From Raillietiella orientalis (lineage: Eukaryota): a stretch of DNA of 64,000 bases. Within the stretch, counting starts at the first letter, position 1. Every line of letters begins with the position of its first letter. Position numbers and translations under genes: made by a program. The notes beneath the pieces are model-generated. The model made no database searches, had not been told where the DNA came from, and saw only the letters and a list, made by a program, of their open reading frames with translations. The stretch is taken from the NCBI GenBank assembly GCA_036172245.1, contig JAYWIR010000024.1, positions 310,001 through 374,000 on the forward strand. Reading direction: 5' to 3'. Of this stretch, positions 35,851-50,050 are shown piece after piece.

Positions 35851-37299
35851 CTTGACTGTTTTACAGGCTCGGTGACTTCAGAGTCTCTTCTTGCAGCGGA
35901 ACCCTGCTTGACTCTGGTTGGACTCTGCGTCTGCCACGGTTGCCAGGCACTAGTGTTTCGCAATTCGGCAATGTCCTCCATCCACCCTAGCCGTGTTCCA
36001 GTGGGCACTTTTGTTACCGAACCAGCGTCACGGCTTCACTCGAAGAAGATGCAGTCTCCTAAGGGTAGATGAGCATCACGTGGGTTTCCATAGAATGGAT
36101 CCGGGTTCTCAGTGCTCACCTGTGTTTTGCATTCCGTCGCGATGAATCCCTCGACACCGTTGCAAGAAGCGAATGCCGGTCTGCTCCCGCTTAGACCTCG
36201 CAGAAACTCCGCGGCTCCTCGAGAGTACACACACACTTAGCCGAGGTTCAATTCTCTGTCGAAAGCACGGATACACTGAAGCGAGAGAGCACCAACCGTG
36301 GTGCTAACTGCTCTCACGCCCGCTTCTGTGGAAGCATCCTCCCTGGATCTATTTCCCTCTCAGCAGGAAGAAGTGTCAGCTGTGCAGTTCCGAAAACTCC
36401 TCTGTAGCGGATGTGATCACATACTCTGGCTGGAGAAGTGTAGATCCGGAAGCAGAGATGCTAACAGCAATGTTCAACTTATTGAAGAAGCTTCTTCGGG
36501 TTGCGGAGGAGTGGAGGGGCACTTGCACGCCTGCGTTGCCGGGCGACCTGAGTGGTCTCCATCAGCCGCGCTCGTTGGGGCACTGCTGAACTTTACCAGA
36601 CATCCGGTGCCCGAAGGAACTGGCTACGATGGTCTGATTCAGCACATTCGTTCACCGATGGCGCAAACGGAAACCAGGATGACACGATGATGCGTTGACT
36701 GCGTAGCACAGGCTTACTGCTGGCTACCGGAGAAGAAACTCGGGCTTTGTCCAACTGCTTGCCAGGGATGTGATGACATTGGAAGAGTGTGCTGCTGTGT
36801 AGTGTTACGTCCACTCACGTTTGTGCACCCATTTCGTCAGTGTCTGCACTCAAGTACATAACATATACGTGCACGTGGAAGTCTCATGCTGGTCTCCATG
36901 CATCATCATCGAAACAGAAACGGATGTTTTCGGGTGCTATTAGCACTACAGGTTTATACATTATACGTCTTATTTATAATACACATAGGATATCAATGCA
37001 AATTGTGTGCTGCAAATAGGCATGCTGTGTGCAACTATCAGCACATTATGTATGTTATAGGTACGTTGCGCTATAGGCACGCCATAATACTATAATTTGG
37101 TATTGTAAATAATCGGAATGAGGTCACGCGCATGTTTTTCGAGCAGGCACACACAGTGCTCCTTCTTGTGTAAACACGAATGACCAACACACGCGATGCG
37201 TACCGACAGTGTGTAAGCGTGCCGAGGAAAATCGATGCAGACACGTGAGTATGCATATGTCCACTGGGCTGTGTCTCCTACATCCTTTGGTAGCAGTGG

Positions 37300-39100
37300 T
37301 TTACGCTCGTGCCTGCTGCCCAGGGAGGGCCAAGGAGCAAACAACCGAAAGGAAGGGAAGGTGCCTCGAGCAGATTGAGCGTTCAGCTGGAAAGGACTCC
37401 TGGAAGACTCCAGAACCATGGCCTGGTCAGCCGCTTGAAAATATCCCTTTGTGCCTTCTTTCGGATGATTTTTCCAGCTGCAAGTCTCCAGAGCGGAGGA
37501 TGCTCTGCACTCCTGTAGCAGGAACTGTTGCGGCGAAGCTGCGTGGTTGCTGGACAAGTTGTCGTCGGTGTTGGGATAGCTGGCCATCTCCTCGACTGCT
37601 GTCACTTGGATCCTGTCCCAGACTTTTGCTTCTTTGAGGAATGTTTTCCACGTGACTCGGCCTGAGCTCCTGACTGCTTCTGGAACAGAAACACCTCCTG
37701 GAATGTGCCCTGTAAGCTGAGCGGGGGCTTTCGGACTGATTTTAAGCAAGCAGACTTGAACGCGCCCGTGAACCCACCTGTAGAAGCTGGGATTACAGGG
37801 GGATTTTCCAGGGTGCTGCAGCTGAATCGCCTCCAAAGTCCCCACCTCTCTGTTCAGGAATCTCTTCTCCTGTTCCTCCCGCTCGGTTCCTTAAAGAGCG
37901 CCGTGGAATTTTCTAGAGGGAGGAGGAGGACCGTCACTGCAGCGAAGCGGTTATGGCACGATAGAGTCCTCCGAGGCACCGAGAAGGTTCGAATCTCAAT
38001 TCCTGAAAAATCGGTGCAGATCGTGAATGAGGGTGCAGCCTCATGCCTCTGGAGCTGGAGAACTCTTCTCTAGTCTTCTTCTCTAAGTTCGCGTCTTGAG
38101 AACCTTCCCTGCTAAACTTGCTGCTGTTATGTCATCCCTCAGTCAACGAGCCTTGAACTTTCTTCCCCTTTCTTTTCCTCAAGTCAAACTGGTCTTCTTG
38201 TGAGCGTGTCTCTCTCTTGTAAAAAAATGTGTGAAACTTTGCTTCCCACATCCTTTCTGCTCCATGGTAAACGGTTCAAATATTCCTCTTTTTTGATTCT
38301 AACGAATGGGAGAGGGAAATCTGATGAAGAATCCTCCTCCTATGGAAACATAGGAGCTGGTTTTCTTGTGTGGTCCTGGGCAGCTCTTTCCTCGAGCCAT
38401 GCTCTTGGATGCGAGGACATGTGAGCTGTTTTCTTCCAGGAAAGTCATCTCTAGTTATCGGTAGAGCACCTTCCTTCTCGTTTGTTTGAACAGTTCATGC
38501 TTCCCTCAGCAATCCGGAACACATATCGGGATCAGCAACTTTTGATCAATCTCGGAATTTGACCGATCTTGAAAGTCACGACGAACATCTCAAGAAAACG
38601 CAATTTCTTCCCAGAGCTCACTTCAAAGTTCGGTCGCAATAATGCGCTAATAGGTCCAATTAGCAAGACAGCTGGTCGTAATTTCCAAGGGGAGCAAAGG
38701 ACTTTTTCAAAAAAAAAAAAGCTTCTAAGTGCTTCTGGTAATCAAATCCAATCATTAATCGGTTTGGGAAGAGGTGCAATTCTGATGAGCAATGCGCAAG
38801 ACTCTCCTGCCATCTATGAGCTCTCGTCGAAACAACAAGCGCCACTTTTCAAACTCTGCACGGTTTCGTGACTACCTTCCGTCGCAACGCGACTGCATAC
38901 ATGACTGAGAGGAAAGCAGGAGATTGAGAGAAATTTTCTCAGACATTGTTAGAGGATGCTGTTCATCGAACTGGCTCGCCTAGTGGAGGTCCGTTCGCGT
39001 GCAAAAGTAATACATTTGCTCCTCAGACCGCAGGAGAGGTTTGTCGCTTGTTTTGTCTATGGAGACGGACCTCCTGTGATCGAGATTTCCTCAACAAGAA
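37300..39100 (-). mobile_element. Possible further decayed LINE endonuclease/linker relic
   Basis: SEIDQKLL (cf. SRIDYIL, about 38545) and HPGKSPCNPSFYRW (cf. GKSPGPDG...FY, about 37800). Weak. Confidence 0.28.
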
Positions 39101-41050
39101 GCCTGAAACCCTGAAACTCTGACCCTGAAACTCTCCTTAAGAGCTCCCCTCCCTATGCGCATGCCGTGCTCGTATTCACCCTCATGGAGATTCCGAGCTC
39201 CTCACCTCTGTTCCAGCTTCGAGTAAGCAAAGCATATCAACTCCCGATAGACACGTCCGAGAAGTCCAGCTGGAACAGCCTGCACATCCCATAAGTTCCC
39301 ATAAGTCAATGGACATACTTTTGGCCTCTGGTTGTAAGACTACTGTAAGGATAGTGCCCTAGTGTCCGAAGATCAAACGTCCAAAGACCTCGGGGAGGAC
39401 AACGGAATGGCTCCAACTAGTGGATTCTCGTGTGGAAGGATTGCCAGAGTCCCGATCACAATGCGGAGCACCTCAGGAGCACTGGAGGTTAGGAGCTAAC
39501 TATCGGATTAAGCCCTTCGGCAGCTTTGGAACCCCCAATGACCTAGAGAGGCTGGATGACGACTCTTGAGAAAATACACACTGAGGTCATGGAGTAGCAT
39601 CGTCTGTCAAGTGACCCGGGATCTGGCGCCTGAGGATGCTTGGCTCGCCGCTCTCCAGCATCTGGAGCTCTTGGAGCCAGCTGGCTAGGGCCGAGTGTGT
39701 TGTGTGCGTGCTCACATAGCACGGTGTCCCTGCACGCATATGGCACGGATCCGTATGTGTGGCATAGCACCGGCACATATTTCATAAGCGTGATATTCGA
39801 GTTTCATTCTGCACATTTCCCTCGTCAGGGAAGAAGGTACACGGCGACATCCGTAGCTGTATACAGAAGACCTGTGCACACTTTGGGTTTCAAAGTGAGT
39901 ACGGTTGGCACAAGAGAGCCGAAATGTGTTTGCTCAGCACAGGAAACACAGATGAGAGGAACAGATTTTCTTCATATGAAATTGAAAATGAGCCGCGGGG
40001 AGCTGCGATCTGAGACTCAACTTTCAGGGTCCGGGACTAAAGGGGGAAGACGAAGGTCTTCCTCCTTTATTGCGATAGATATAGGAGAGCTCCGTGGTTA
40101 CTTGGCGCGTCAGTGGCGCTGCCCCCAAAAGCCGCACCACTGACGTCTCTCCTTTTCTCTCCACATCTGGCGCTGGAGAAGAACCGCCCACTGTTTCCTC
40201 CCCACTCCTTCAGCCTCTTCTCGAATCCTTGCAGCCGAGCAAGTTCTTTGACGTGACCCAGCAGCAGTGCCTTCCTCCCTGCAGCCTCGCTTCCCTCACT
40301 GCCAGCCCTGAGAATATTAGGGAAGGGACATTTCCCCATCCTCCGCACTCCTCCTCCTCCGTTCACCTGCGACACACACGTCGAGGCTCCTGAGAACCGG
40401 ACGGAGTCCAAAAGAAGCTCGTGAAAGTAGGCTACCTTCTCCCAGAGACAGCAGGGGACGTGGGGGTGAACAAGGAACCTCCCTCAGCAGCGGATCGCCT
40501 AGAAAATCAAGAAGGGAGGAGGAAAATTCAAAGGTTTAGCAGCCGATGCTGCTCCAGGAGGTTTTCCACCGACGGTCACCTTGCCGGGCGTGGCGTGCTC
40601 TTCGCCATGGCCAGAAACACGATCGTGACCAGAGGGGAGTGTCCTGACCTTGAAAATGCCCGTGAATTTTCCGGAGGGAAGGGGCTGCTGAGGAGACGCT
40701 TTGACTAGAGGCTATGGGAGAGCTCGTTGCTGCGGCAGACGGAAGTTTTGATGGCAAGCGTCGAGCCTTGATGGCCGGAGACCCTGGAGGAATCCACAGG
40801 CTCCTCCTGCAAAACCGTTACTGAGATCTGAGGAGCGCAGTTCTCGGTACACTCCCGGAGATCATCCCCGAGAGGAGGAAGGGAAGTTCTGCACTCCCCT
40901 ACCCACCAATCTACCTTCTCTCTTCGGAAGCCGGAGAGGGAGCTGTGAAGGATCGAGGGTTGGGATGCCCCACTCGTGGCTGCTCCAAATCTGCACCTCG
41001 GATCGTGGGGACCCACCAGGAGGAAGACTCCGGTAACGAATTGGGCGGCT

Positions 41051-41904
41051 CTTGGACGGGATAGCTCTCCGGCTGCTAGGGCCGCACCTCAGACGAAGAA
41101 AGCGAACGTCTGGGACTATGCGAGCGCCCCAGGAGGCGCGGTGCGGACTCTCCACACTTTCGCTCGTTTCCACTCCCGCCTCCCTGTCGTCTCCCATACG
41201 CCTCATGGGACGCACCCCCGTGAACTGGTGGCAAACTGGGACAGGGAGAAAAAAGTGTGGGAAGGAAGGTAGCATTGGAGAATCTGGTGAACATGGTGAA
41301 CAAGAGCAGCACTGGGATGAGGATGAAAAGATACAGAGTGACAAGAGTCTGAGGAAGTTTTCCCTCGGCGACTCCGCAGGTGCTCCGGAGGAGCGCCCCT
41401 AAGTCTCCACGTGGACTCCTGTTTCTGTCTCGACCACTCCGGGATTGCCTGTCTGAAGAGCCAACCAGACAGCTTACAAGGCATCGGTCAGGTAGGGGAG
41501 GAGACACCGACAGGGCAGCGAGAGGAGCTTCTTCCCTCCTACTGCCCTCCACTTCTACTTTTTCTCCTGCTCTATCGGAGCTCCCGAGGTGGGCACAGGA
41601 GCCTCCGGCTCCACGAATGGACGTGAAGGAGCCGCTGCTTCTCCTTCCTGTTCCTCCGCTTGGCAGCCGCAACCCTTGGGCGAATTCCGCGAATTCTCCT
41701 GGCGGAGGAGACAGTTCTCCATCCCAGATTCCGCGGAGGTGCGCTCCCATGAGGCGTATGGGAGGTGACAGGGAGGCGGGAGTGGAGAAGAGTCAAAGCG
41801 TGGAGGTTCCGCGCTGCGCCTCCTGGGGCGTTCGCATCGTCACAGGCATTCGCTTCCCTCGTCTGAGGTGCGGCCCTGGCAGCCGGAGAGCGATCCCGTC
41901 CAAG
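41051..41904. repeat. Inverted repeat pair, arms about 170 bp (41051-41220 and 41734-41904), spacer about 510 bp
   Basis: Direct reverse-complement match, e.g. CTCCCATACGCCTCATGGGA / TCCCATGAGGCGTATGGGAG and GGGCCGCACCTCAGACGA / TCGTCTGAGGTGCGGCCC. Opposite-strand ORFs translate to near-identical peptides (PMRRMG.DREAGVE). Confidence 0.93.
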
Positions 41905-44900
41905 GACAGGCCCTCGCGCCGCGCACTACTCTCTGGAGAACTCTAAAAAATTCATTCGAGGGGAGATCGGAGGCAAGGCAGAGATGGCCACCTCGGCATA
42001 GGGCGGTTGACATGCGTCCGGGTCAGGGAGAAGGGGGAACTCTGTCGTCGTCGCCAAGCAACGCGGATTCCCTGCCTCCTGACCGGTCATCGATCCTGCG
42101 GGAGAATCACAGCATCCCTTCCTCAGCGCCAGGGGTGTCCGGGTCGGATTGCGGACGTTTCCCTGCGAAACAGCTGCTGCTTTCCGGAAAACAAAGGAAG
42201 GAACCGTCTCTCAGCGTGACATCACGGGGTCGGCAGGAGGTGAAGGAGGGGCCGCGGAAGGAAAACGCGCGCGAGCGTGACGTCACAGGGGGTCGAGGGG
42301 GCAGCTCCGCTTCCCGGCTTCTGTATCCCCGGGAAACGGCAGGAGGCGTCGCCCGCAGGGAAGGGACCACCCGCCGTTGCTCTGCTCGACCCCCGAGCAT
42401 TTCGGATTTCCGGCGTATCCATCTCCGCCGCGCGAAGCGTCACCATCCTGAGCGCGCAGCGGCCGACAGGCAGGCGAGGCGCTCCTGTCCTCCGGGGTGC
42501 ATCCCGGGCTGCCCAGCGGCAACTTTCCTCCTCGGGTCCGATCGGCGGTGACGTCCGGTCGTCGAGGGTGTCGCGCGGCAGCTCCCATCGCCGCCGCCAG
42601 GTGCCTCGCGGCGGCTGCGAGCTCCAGAGGGAGAGGGTTGTCACGCTACGAGAGGCGGGCGCCTCGCTGCTGCTGCGATTTTCCATGCAGGGTTGCCAAG
42701 CATCGCTTGGCGAGAGAAGGTTCGCTTCCGCCAGGCATTCACCCACAGTCGTTCGGAAGAGTTCCCACAGCCCGAAGGATGGGGTGAGGGAGATGTTCTA
42801 GGGTGCTGGGCGGTCAGGGGATCAGGAGAGGGGTGAAAGTAGTCGGAGGGTTGGATGCAGCTTCCTCGACGCGTCTCCGAGGTCGTGGCCGGCATCCCGG
42901 CTGCTCTCCCATTGCCAGCCCTCTCCAGGCGCGTGCCGGAGAAACCAAAGAGCCTGGACGCGGGGCTGGCGTAGGCGCGGAGCCTCTCCCTGGGAGAGGC
43001 ACCTTCCTGCATGAACGGAAGGGCAGCATCTCCAGGAAGGCACGGATCTGATGGATCTCCTCCACTCCCTCTCCTCTCCTAGCCCCTCTCTTGAGCAGGA
43101 TAAGAGAAGGGTGAAGAGAGAGTGAAGGAGAGACTTGTGCCGGGAGCCGATTTCCCGAGCTTCCCAAAGTCACCCGTCTGGAAGAAGGAGGGTGCGGGGG
43201 CGGGAGGGGAAGGCCTTCCCGTCGCCTGCAAAGGACCCAATGGGGGAGTTGCGTCGAGGAGAGGAATTTCCTACCTCATGTGGATCGCACTCACCCAGCC
43301 GGTCAGGCTACTTTTAGTCATCGGTTCCCTTCCGGGGGAACGGATGAAGATCATCAAGGAAGAGGGAACGTAGTCTCAGTTGCAATGCTCCAAGCGCGAG
43401 TGGAGGGGAAGAGGAGGTCGGCATGACAGCCCATCTCTTAGCAACCGGATACATTCTTCCTCGCTCTGCCCAGAGGGTGCAAAAAGGAGGAATATGGAGG
43501 AAGGGATAAAGAGCGACCCTGGCTTCCCTGAAAGTTCTCTCTTGCGCTCGTAGGAGAAGGAAAAGGGAAACGGAGGAGAGACAGAAGGGATTCTCTCTTC
43601 CTCCTTTCTATTCTTCTCCTGGCGGTGAAGCGACTGATAAAGATGGCCATGCCTCCACGATGGAGCCTTCTGGAAGATGTCCTTTCCCTAATCCGCCCCG
43701 CCCCCTTTCGCGTTCAGAGGACACAAGAGCGACCCCATCCAACAATCCTCCTGCGTTTAGGATGGATAGAAAACCATCCTTCTGTGGGAGACGGACATCA
43801 GCAGGAAGAAGCGCTGGACCTTTGTCGAAGCCTTTTAGGGGTCCCCTTTCCATGGCCACTCTCCGCGGTTCATCCCCGGGTGACAACTTGCAGGGTTGAC
43901 TGCGCCCCTGGAGCTATGGAGGAGACTGCAAAGTCGGGGAAAGAACCTGCTCGCACAGAGAAAAGTCTTTGGTTCCGTCCGCTCTCCATTTTCTCCGCAC
44001 CAGAAAAGACACTTTTCCTTTCCAGGGAGCTAAATCTCCTGTCTTTTCGCGGAATCCTCATTTCAGAAGTTTCTTCCTTTCCCGTCAGATTGCAGCGCCG
44101 TCCGCGAGGGTATGGCCACCTATGGATGTATCGGAAAAGGTCTTTTTATTGAACAGACGGTTGGTTGAGTTTGAAGAGCAGTTAATGACAAGTGGTACAC
44201 AAAATCTTTTCTCCGGACTTAGCATTCTTCAGAGATCTTATCAAAATTCGGATGCTTCTCATGTGGATCTTGCGTGATGTGGGAGCTTATTCCTCGGAGC
44301 AGCGGAAGTTTTCGCTGAAGATCACAGAAGCTTCACTTCCTAAATCTCCACGGGAACAAGACAACCTTCGCTGCCAGGCTTCGAACTCCTTGTCACGAGC
44401 TTGTTGTCTCTTCTCATCTCGTCCGAAAATCACGGATTCGGAAGGAGCAATTCGGCAAATCCCTCCCGTCAACTGGTTTCGTCAATTTCGTCCTTTCAGA
44501 ACGTCGATTTGGCTCCGCAGGTCCAAGGCCGCACTGCAGATTCCTGAAGATGGAAAATGTGAGAACGCATGAGGAAAAGAACGTACACTCCCCCCCCCCT
44601 TCCCCCCCCCGGTTCTGCGGACCGGTCTTGCGAGCAGTCTGGTAAAGATCAGCAACCAGCGAAACTCGTGATCGGCCGGCCAGCTCGGGGGCGAAAGACT
44701 AACAGGCAGCTGGTGGTGCCCTCCTGTGGTTCCTAGAGATGATGATTAAATAGTGGCGTTGTTCTTTCCACTCGTCCCGGGTGATCGACCAGCGGGTCGG
44801 GGCAGCTGTCGTCACACGCCAGCTCCCCAGGCTTTCCTCACAAAATTGGGGATGCCTTCCTCACGTGGTCGCATACCTTCAGATGAGGCCAACCCTTCCC

Positions 44901-45299
44901 CTCCCAGATGTGCTCACACACCGCCAGCGTCTTCCCCTCACTCATTCCTGGCCAATTTATCTCTTTCGACCCGCTGCACGTGCCGCAAAGGGGAGCACAA
45001 GAAAAGCGGGACCTGTAGTTTCGGAGTCGGCAAAAAGCGCATTCCGGCAGGGAGAAAGGGGGAAGGTGGAACCCTCCCTTGGGATACGGCCACGTGCGAT
45101 TCGGGGACTCGCCAGACCTCGGCACTCGCATCTGAGTGACCCGAAAGTGGAGTCTTGGTGGTGCCACTACGGCTCTACAGAATCACTCAAGCCAACGGGA
45201 GTTTCGATCCGCGAGTCTCTGACCGCGGCACCCTGGGAGTTAGCCGGAAAGGAGGTGCTCCTACATGGAGGTCTTCCTTCGAGACTCTGCAGTCCACTT

Positions 45300-47300
45300 T
45301 CTCAACCAAGGATGCGTAAGGACCCAAAGTCTCACGCTCTTGCCATGTTCTGCCGTTCATTGCGGACACGATTTCGCCTTGTAGTCCAGAAACAGCAGTC
45401 ATCTTCTGTGATCGTCTGGGCACGGAGCTCTTTTGATGAAGAGTGTTTTAGAGTCATCTATGCTGCCAAGAACGCATCTTCTGCGATGCTCAAGAGCGGA
45501 GACACAAGAGCAGAATTTTATGCTCATTATGCCAACTTTGAGTCTGTATCCCCACAATGACGACGTGGAACCTCCAAAGAGAAATATCTCCCGCGAGATG
45601 CTTCCGCTTCTTCCAGTGCTTTCGATGAGAACATGCGGAAATTCCACTCTGCCGAGACACCTTCCTCTGACGTGAAGAGGGCGCAGAACGGAGGTGGAGC
45701 GATCCAAAGAAACTCGCCCTGTCAGGAGCTCCCATGGAGTGGAACGTGCCGAACGCCGTAGGAATGGAGGAGATTCCTGGCAAGGCCACATGCGCGCGCG
45801 AAGGCGGAACAGGCGAGAGCACGGGTACCAACCACAGATGAGATCACGCCGTTGTGTGCAGATTCTTCGTTCGTAGCTTTTCCGTCCTTCTCGAGAATCA
45901 GACTTATCCTTCTCTCTGAGGAGCCAAGGAAAGAGATGGCTCGAGGAGAAATAGAATACCCTCTCGAAAGACTGACGAGACCAAGGGTGGAAATTCCTCC
46001 CTGGAGGATGCAAGAAAGACTTTAGACCATCCCTTCCAGTGGATCGAAGTGTTTCCGGTCTGGTAGCTACTCTCCAAGAGACGATATTTTCCGATTGCTC
46101 TTGCAATCTTGAGAAAGCTCGACGAACTAATGAAGATTGGACTCTTGTGACCCCCGGTTCCAGTCTTTAATGTCCGGGAAAGACAGATAGATGCAGGAAG
46201 GTGTTCTATACTGCACATGGACCCGTGATAACGCTCCTGAATCAGGTTTCCCAAACAGGTGTTCTTGGAGGCGAAGTTTCGAGAATAGATTTGTCCGAGG
46301 TGTGGCTGTATTGCACCCTCTAGTCGACATATGACGAACTTCAATAATTTTACCCAGCTACCGCTACATGGAGCTGTGAGATACGTTTCCAGGCGAAAAG
46401 GGGAGATGATATCGTATTATCCTCATATGGTTTGTAACAAAAGGAAAATCATGCGGTTTTCGTAGGCTGCGGAATGTCAAAGGTTTTGTTCATTTTATGT
46501 TGGAGATATGGTCAGTTGCGTTCTCAATCTAATGTTTTTAATGGGGACTGATGGAATCCTCCAATTTGGAGACCAAAGCTGAGTTATGAAGTGATTTTCT
46601 CCTGAGTACAAATCCCCTGAGTCCTTGGTTAACTTGCTACATGTCTTTTCTACATTCAGAGGTTCCACTGATGGCGGTTTGCCTTTAAAATACGAGAAGA
46701 GTTGCAGGGACCTCGTCACTGAGCGGGGAAACCAAGTGGCAGCTATCCCTTGTCCTCGGCATTTTCTCGGAGGGTCATCTTACCTCCAAAGCTGGTCCTC
46801 TTCTCGTGACCTTTGCTTCTAGGGGAACATGCCAACTGTCAAACACTGGCAACTGAATTGTGTGCAATTCGATCAGCAGTCTGTTCCTGTAATCCAACTC
46901 TGAAGGAGACAAGAACAAGAACATGCTGCAGCTATTTCCGGGTATTAACCAAAGCAACCTCAAAGTCCCCTTAAAGAATGGTTCCTGAAAAATGCTGACC
47001 TTGGTCATCCTTCAAACAAACTTGATGGAACCTCTTTGGTTCCAAATTGGCTCGAAATGGAGCTCTGGCGTTCGTTCCACATCATCGAAACACCTTTCGG
47101 TTATCATCCTTCTCTTCTCACTACACCTTCTTGGCTCTTTCTTCAGCTTCTCAGGTGACCACTGTTCTCTGTTTCAGAAAAGACATACTTCCAAGTACAG
47201 CATCCACGATCTGATGGAAGCCATCTGTGGATAAGCATCCGAAGTCTTAGGGATTCATCTTAATTCGACTTCTCATCCGGTTGTCTGGTGCTTCCAAATG
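45300..47300 (-). mobile_element. Decayed non-LTR reverse transcriptase relic
   Basis: WKRISQLHVA (cf. WRPISLLNV, 46391-46362), then KLLKFVICRLEGAIQPHL (cf. KILAKVLANRL), and RRDLICGWYPCSRLF (cf. RGVRQGCPLSPLLF, about 45830). Confidence 0.45.
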
Positions 47301-49549
47301 GAAAGGCATGGAATCCAACAAGTTTATCGGAGAATCTTTCGACAGCTTTTTGCTGATTAAAGTACCCTGCTCTCACTGCGGCTTCTTTGCTCTTCTCTTG
47401 AGCAGCGGATCCAGACACGATCTCTTGGCAGTGCGGTTTCCAAGCGTAGGTTGGTTTTTTAACGTAGAAGCTGCAGCCACGGCCTGTAAAGCGCGCTCAG
47501 AGCTCATCACTTTTTTGTACTTTGCTCTTCTGCAGCCATACGTCGTCCGTCTCCCAGTTCGTTTCTTGTCCTTCAGGCACGCCTGCCTCCACAGCTGGGA
47601 ATTGCTTTAAGCATCTGAAGAATCTCGGCATCTTTCGGCGTTCCCAGAATGAAGCAGCAGCCACACGGCAGCACCATTGCAAGGGCACTCCCCCATCCTT
47701 TCGAGGAAGAAACTGCCTCACTATCCAGAGGGATAGCAGCACTGCGGGGGGAAGGCTACCACATTTTTACTGAGTCTCCTACTTGAGCAGTTTCCATCAC
47801 GACGGAACCGGAAACCTTCCTGCTCCTTCCTCGATGACGCGCGCACCCGCACACGGTGCGTGCCCCACTCTGCGTGCGTGCGAATTTGCGCACACGAACC
47901 CAGGGAATGTGCGCATGCTTGAAGCTGCAGGGAAAGCGCGGGACGTGAAGTCACTCACTCTTGCGCGCATCACTGAAACTCGGCCTTTCCCCTTCTCCAG
48001 CTGGACAGATCCTGCTGAAAGCGTCTTTTTGGCTGCTTTGCTTCCATATCTTTATAAGGACGTTAAAAGATGCCTACCTGATTCCACCTTGAATTTCCAA
48101 CCTCCTCTGCGTGTCAGCAACACTTATCACGGGGACAAACCCTATCCTGCCCCGGTGCATCTCTACAGCAGCAAAAGATCACATGATGAAATCCTACTCA
48201 TCTTCTGCTTTGTAGTATCTTTCATTTTCACTTCACATGAGTGATCCTTATCATCTAAAGTGACCCACGAAACCTGATCCCATTACTACAAGAATTTTGT
48301 GCTCTTTCGCTTTAAGAGGATGTATCGTCTCAAAAAGATGGTCAATGTATCAGGAATTCCCGTTTCGGAGACCAGGTGCCCACTCCTCTCAAAACTCCTC
48401 TTTCCCTAACGTTCTTTAAGTTGCTGATCCTCATGGGGGCAAGGAATTGTTTGCACTCAGTGACCGCATCACTCCTTCACCAGAAACCAGCACTCACCAG
48501 GGAGTGTCCTCTGTAGCTGTTAAATCATCCACGAAGTCGGTAAAGTCCTTCTCGAACTCCGCCTCCAATGAGACCTCACTCTGGTTCTCTATAGGGAAGA
48601 CCTTTCAATGCTGGATGCTATTAACAGGAATCGAGCACCGGATGAAAAAGTCAGTATTGTTCTCCGCACGCCATTTGGCGGATCATCCCAGCATCCACTC
48701 TCTGAATATCAGCTCCCTTATCGCTTAGGTCCCTTTCCCGACCTCTCCTCACACCGGACGACCTAATCCTGCTTCACTGCCACTGATTTCCTTTCGACGC
48801 AGCCACCCGACGGACTAAATTTAGGAATCCCCTTAAAGAGTGACTTGCAGCCACCTCCTGCTGAGCGAGAATCGTCTCTCTGGAGGAGCCTCTCTTCTCT
48901 GGAATCCCCAAGGCTTGCTGCTTCTTGTAGTAGGAATTTTCTACAACGGAAAAGTTTTCCTCTGGGAACGAGGACTCAGATTCTGCCTGGTGAACGCCTG
49001 CGACCAGACTACTGGATGGAAAATCCATTCCTACCCCTCGTTCTTCTCAGCCTCAGTGCGCCCCACCGTCCATCCCACTTTCGTTGCCGCCGCATCTGGT
49101 CCCACGAGGCCCCCTCACTCTTGCTTGTCAGAAGCCCCTTTTATTCCCGTTGAGCGGGAATCGAAAGCAGGAACAAAAAGGAAGGAAAGTTTCAACGAAG
49201 TTTTGACTCGGACCTTTTCGGCTCAAGAAGACATTTGACGAGGAGAGGAGGAGGAGAAGGAGTTGGGGTTTGAGTTGGCGTCTGCGCTCCCCCAGGGTTT
49301 GTTAGGTAGTGAGGAGACGGAATGTTTCGTTGCTCTGGACCTCTCATTTTTGAAAACAGGCCTGCTGTCTCACCCTCAGTCAGCCTCAGAAAGCAGCATC
49401 ACGTCCAGGTATCCCAGTTCCCAGAAGCATGCTTGCTGACCTCGCAGGAGCAGACCTCCTGAGAGTCCATTGGAGAGAGCATCGCACTTCTGCTCAAGGA
49501 GGAGCAAGCTCTCCGCCTTCAGAGTGGCTGCAGAGGTGCCGGTCGGCTG

Positions 49550-50050
49550 TGAGAGGGATGGACGGTCTCGGGTGAGTTCGCGATTTTTGGACGGCTGCCG
49601 CTTCCGGCAGCTCGGTTCTGCCGATGGTAGGCATAGCAACAGGAAGGCCTTTTCGGCTCTCGCTCCGACATACGTCCTGCTTCACGGAGCAACTCTGGAA
49701 CGGTGACTTCTCGCACTCGCACAGTCGAATTCCCCGTACGGGGAATCCCTCGGAGGGGTGCACGGTCGAGCACATCATGGGAAGCTGCAAGCGACGAGGT
49801 CCTTGGGGGGAAGCTTTCGCACTTTTCCATCGAGGCTTCTTCGAGTCAGAACCGCCGCAAAGTGAGACGCAGAGATTCCCAGTTGTCTCTTTCACGAGAG
49901 GACCCTGATTTGCCTGCAGTCTTCCAACTTCGACATAATAGCTCCACGACGTTTACAGCATCCTGGAACCTGCGAAAGTGCTCCATCTGCATCTTGCAGC
50001 TGACGACTCTCGCGGATGCTCTGTGATAAATTGCATTTCGACCGTTTATT
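49550..50050 (+). mobile_element. Decayed LINE ORF2 C-terminal (zf-RVT) relic
   Basis: YVLLHGATL (cf. WRLLHGALPT), CTVEHIMGSC (cf. ETVEHLLFEC) and ASWNLRKC (cf. AIWKTRN), in the expected order across frames. Confidence 0.42.

Noticed and set aside
45972..46010. Hammerhead ribozyme-like CTGACGA...GAAA
   Set aside because: The stem II closing G-C pair and the stem III/NUH geometry do not fit.
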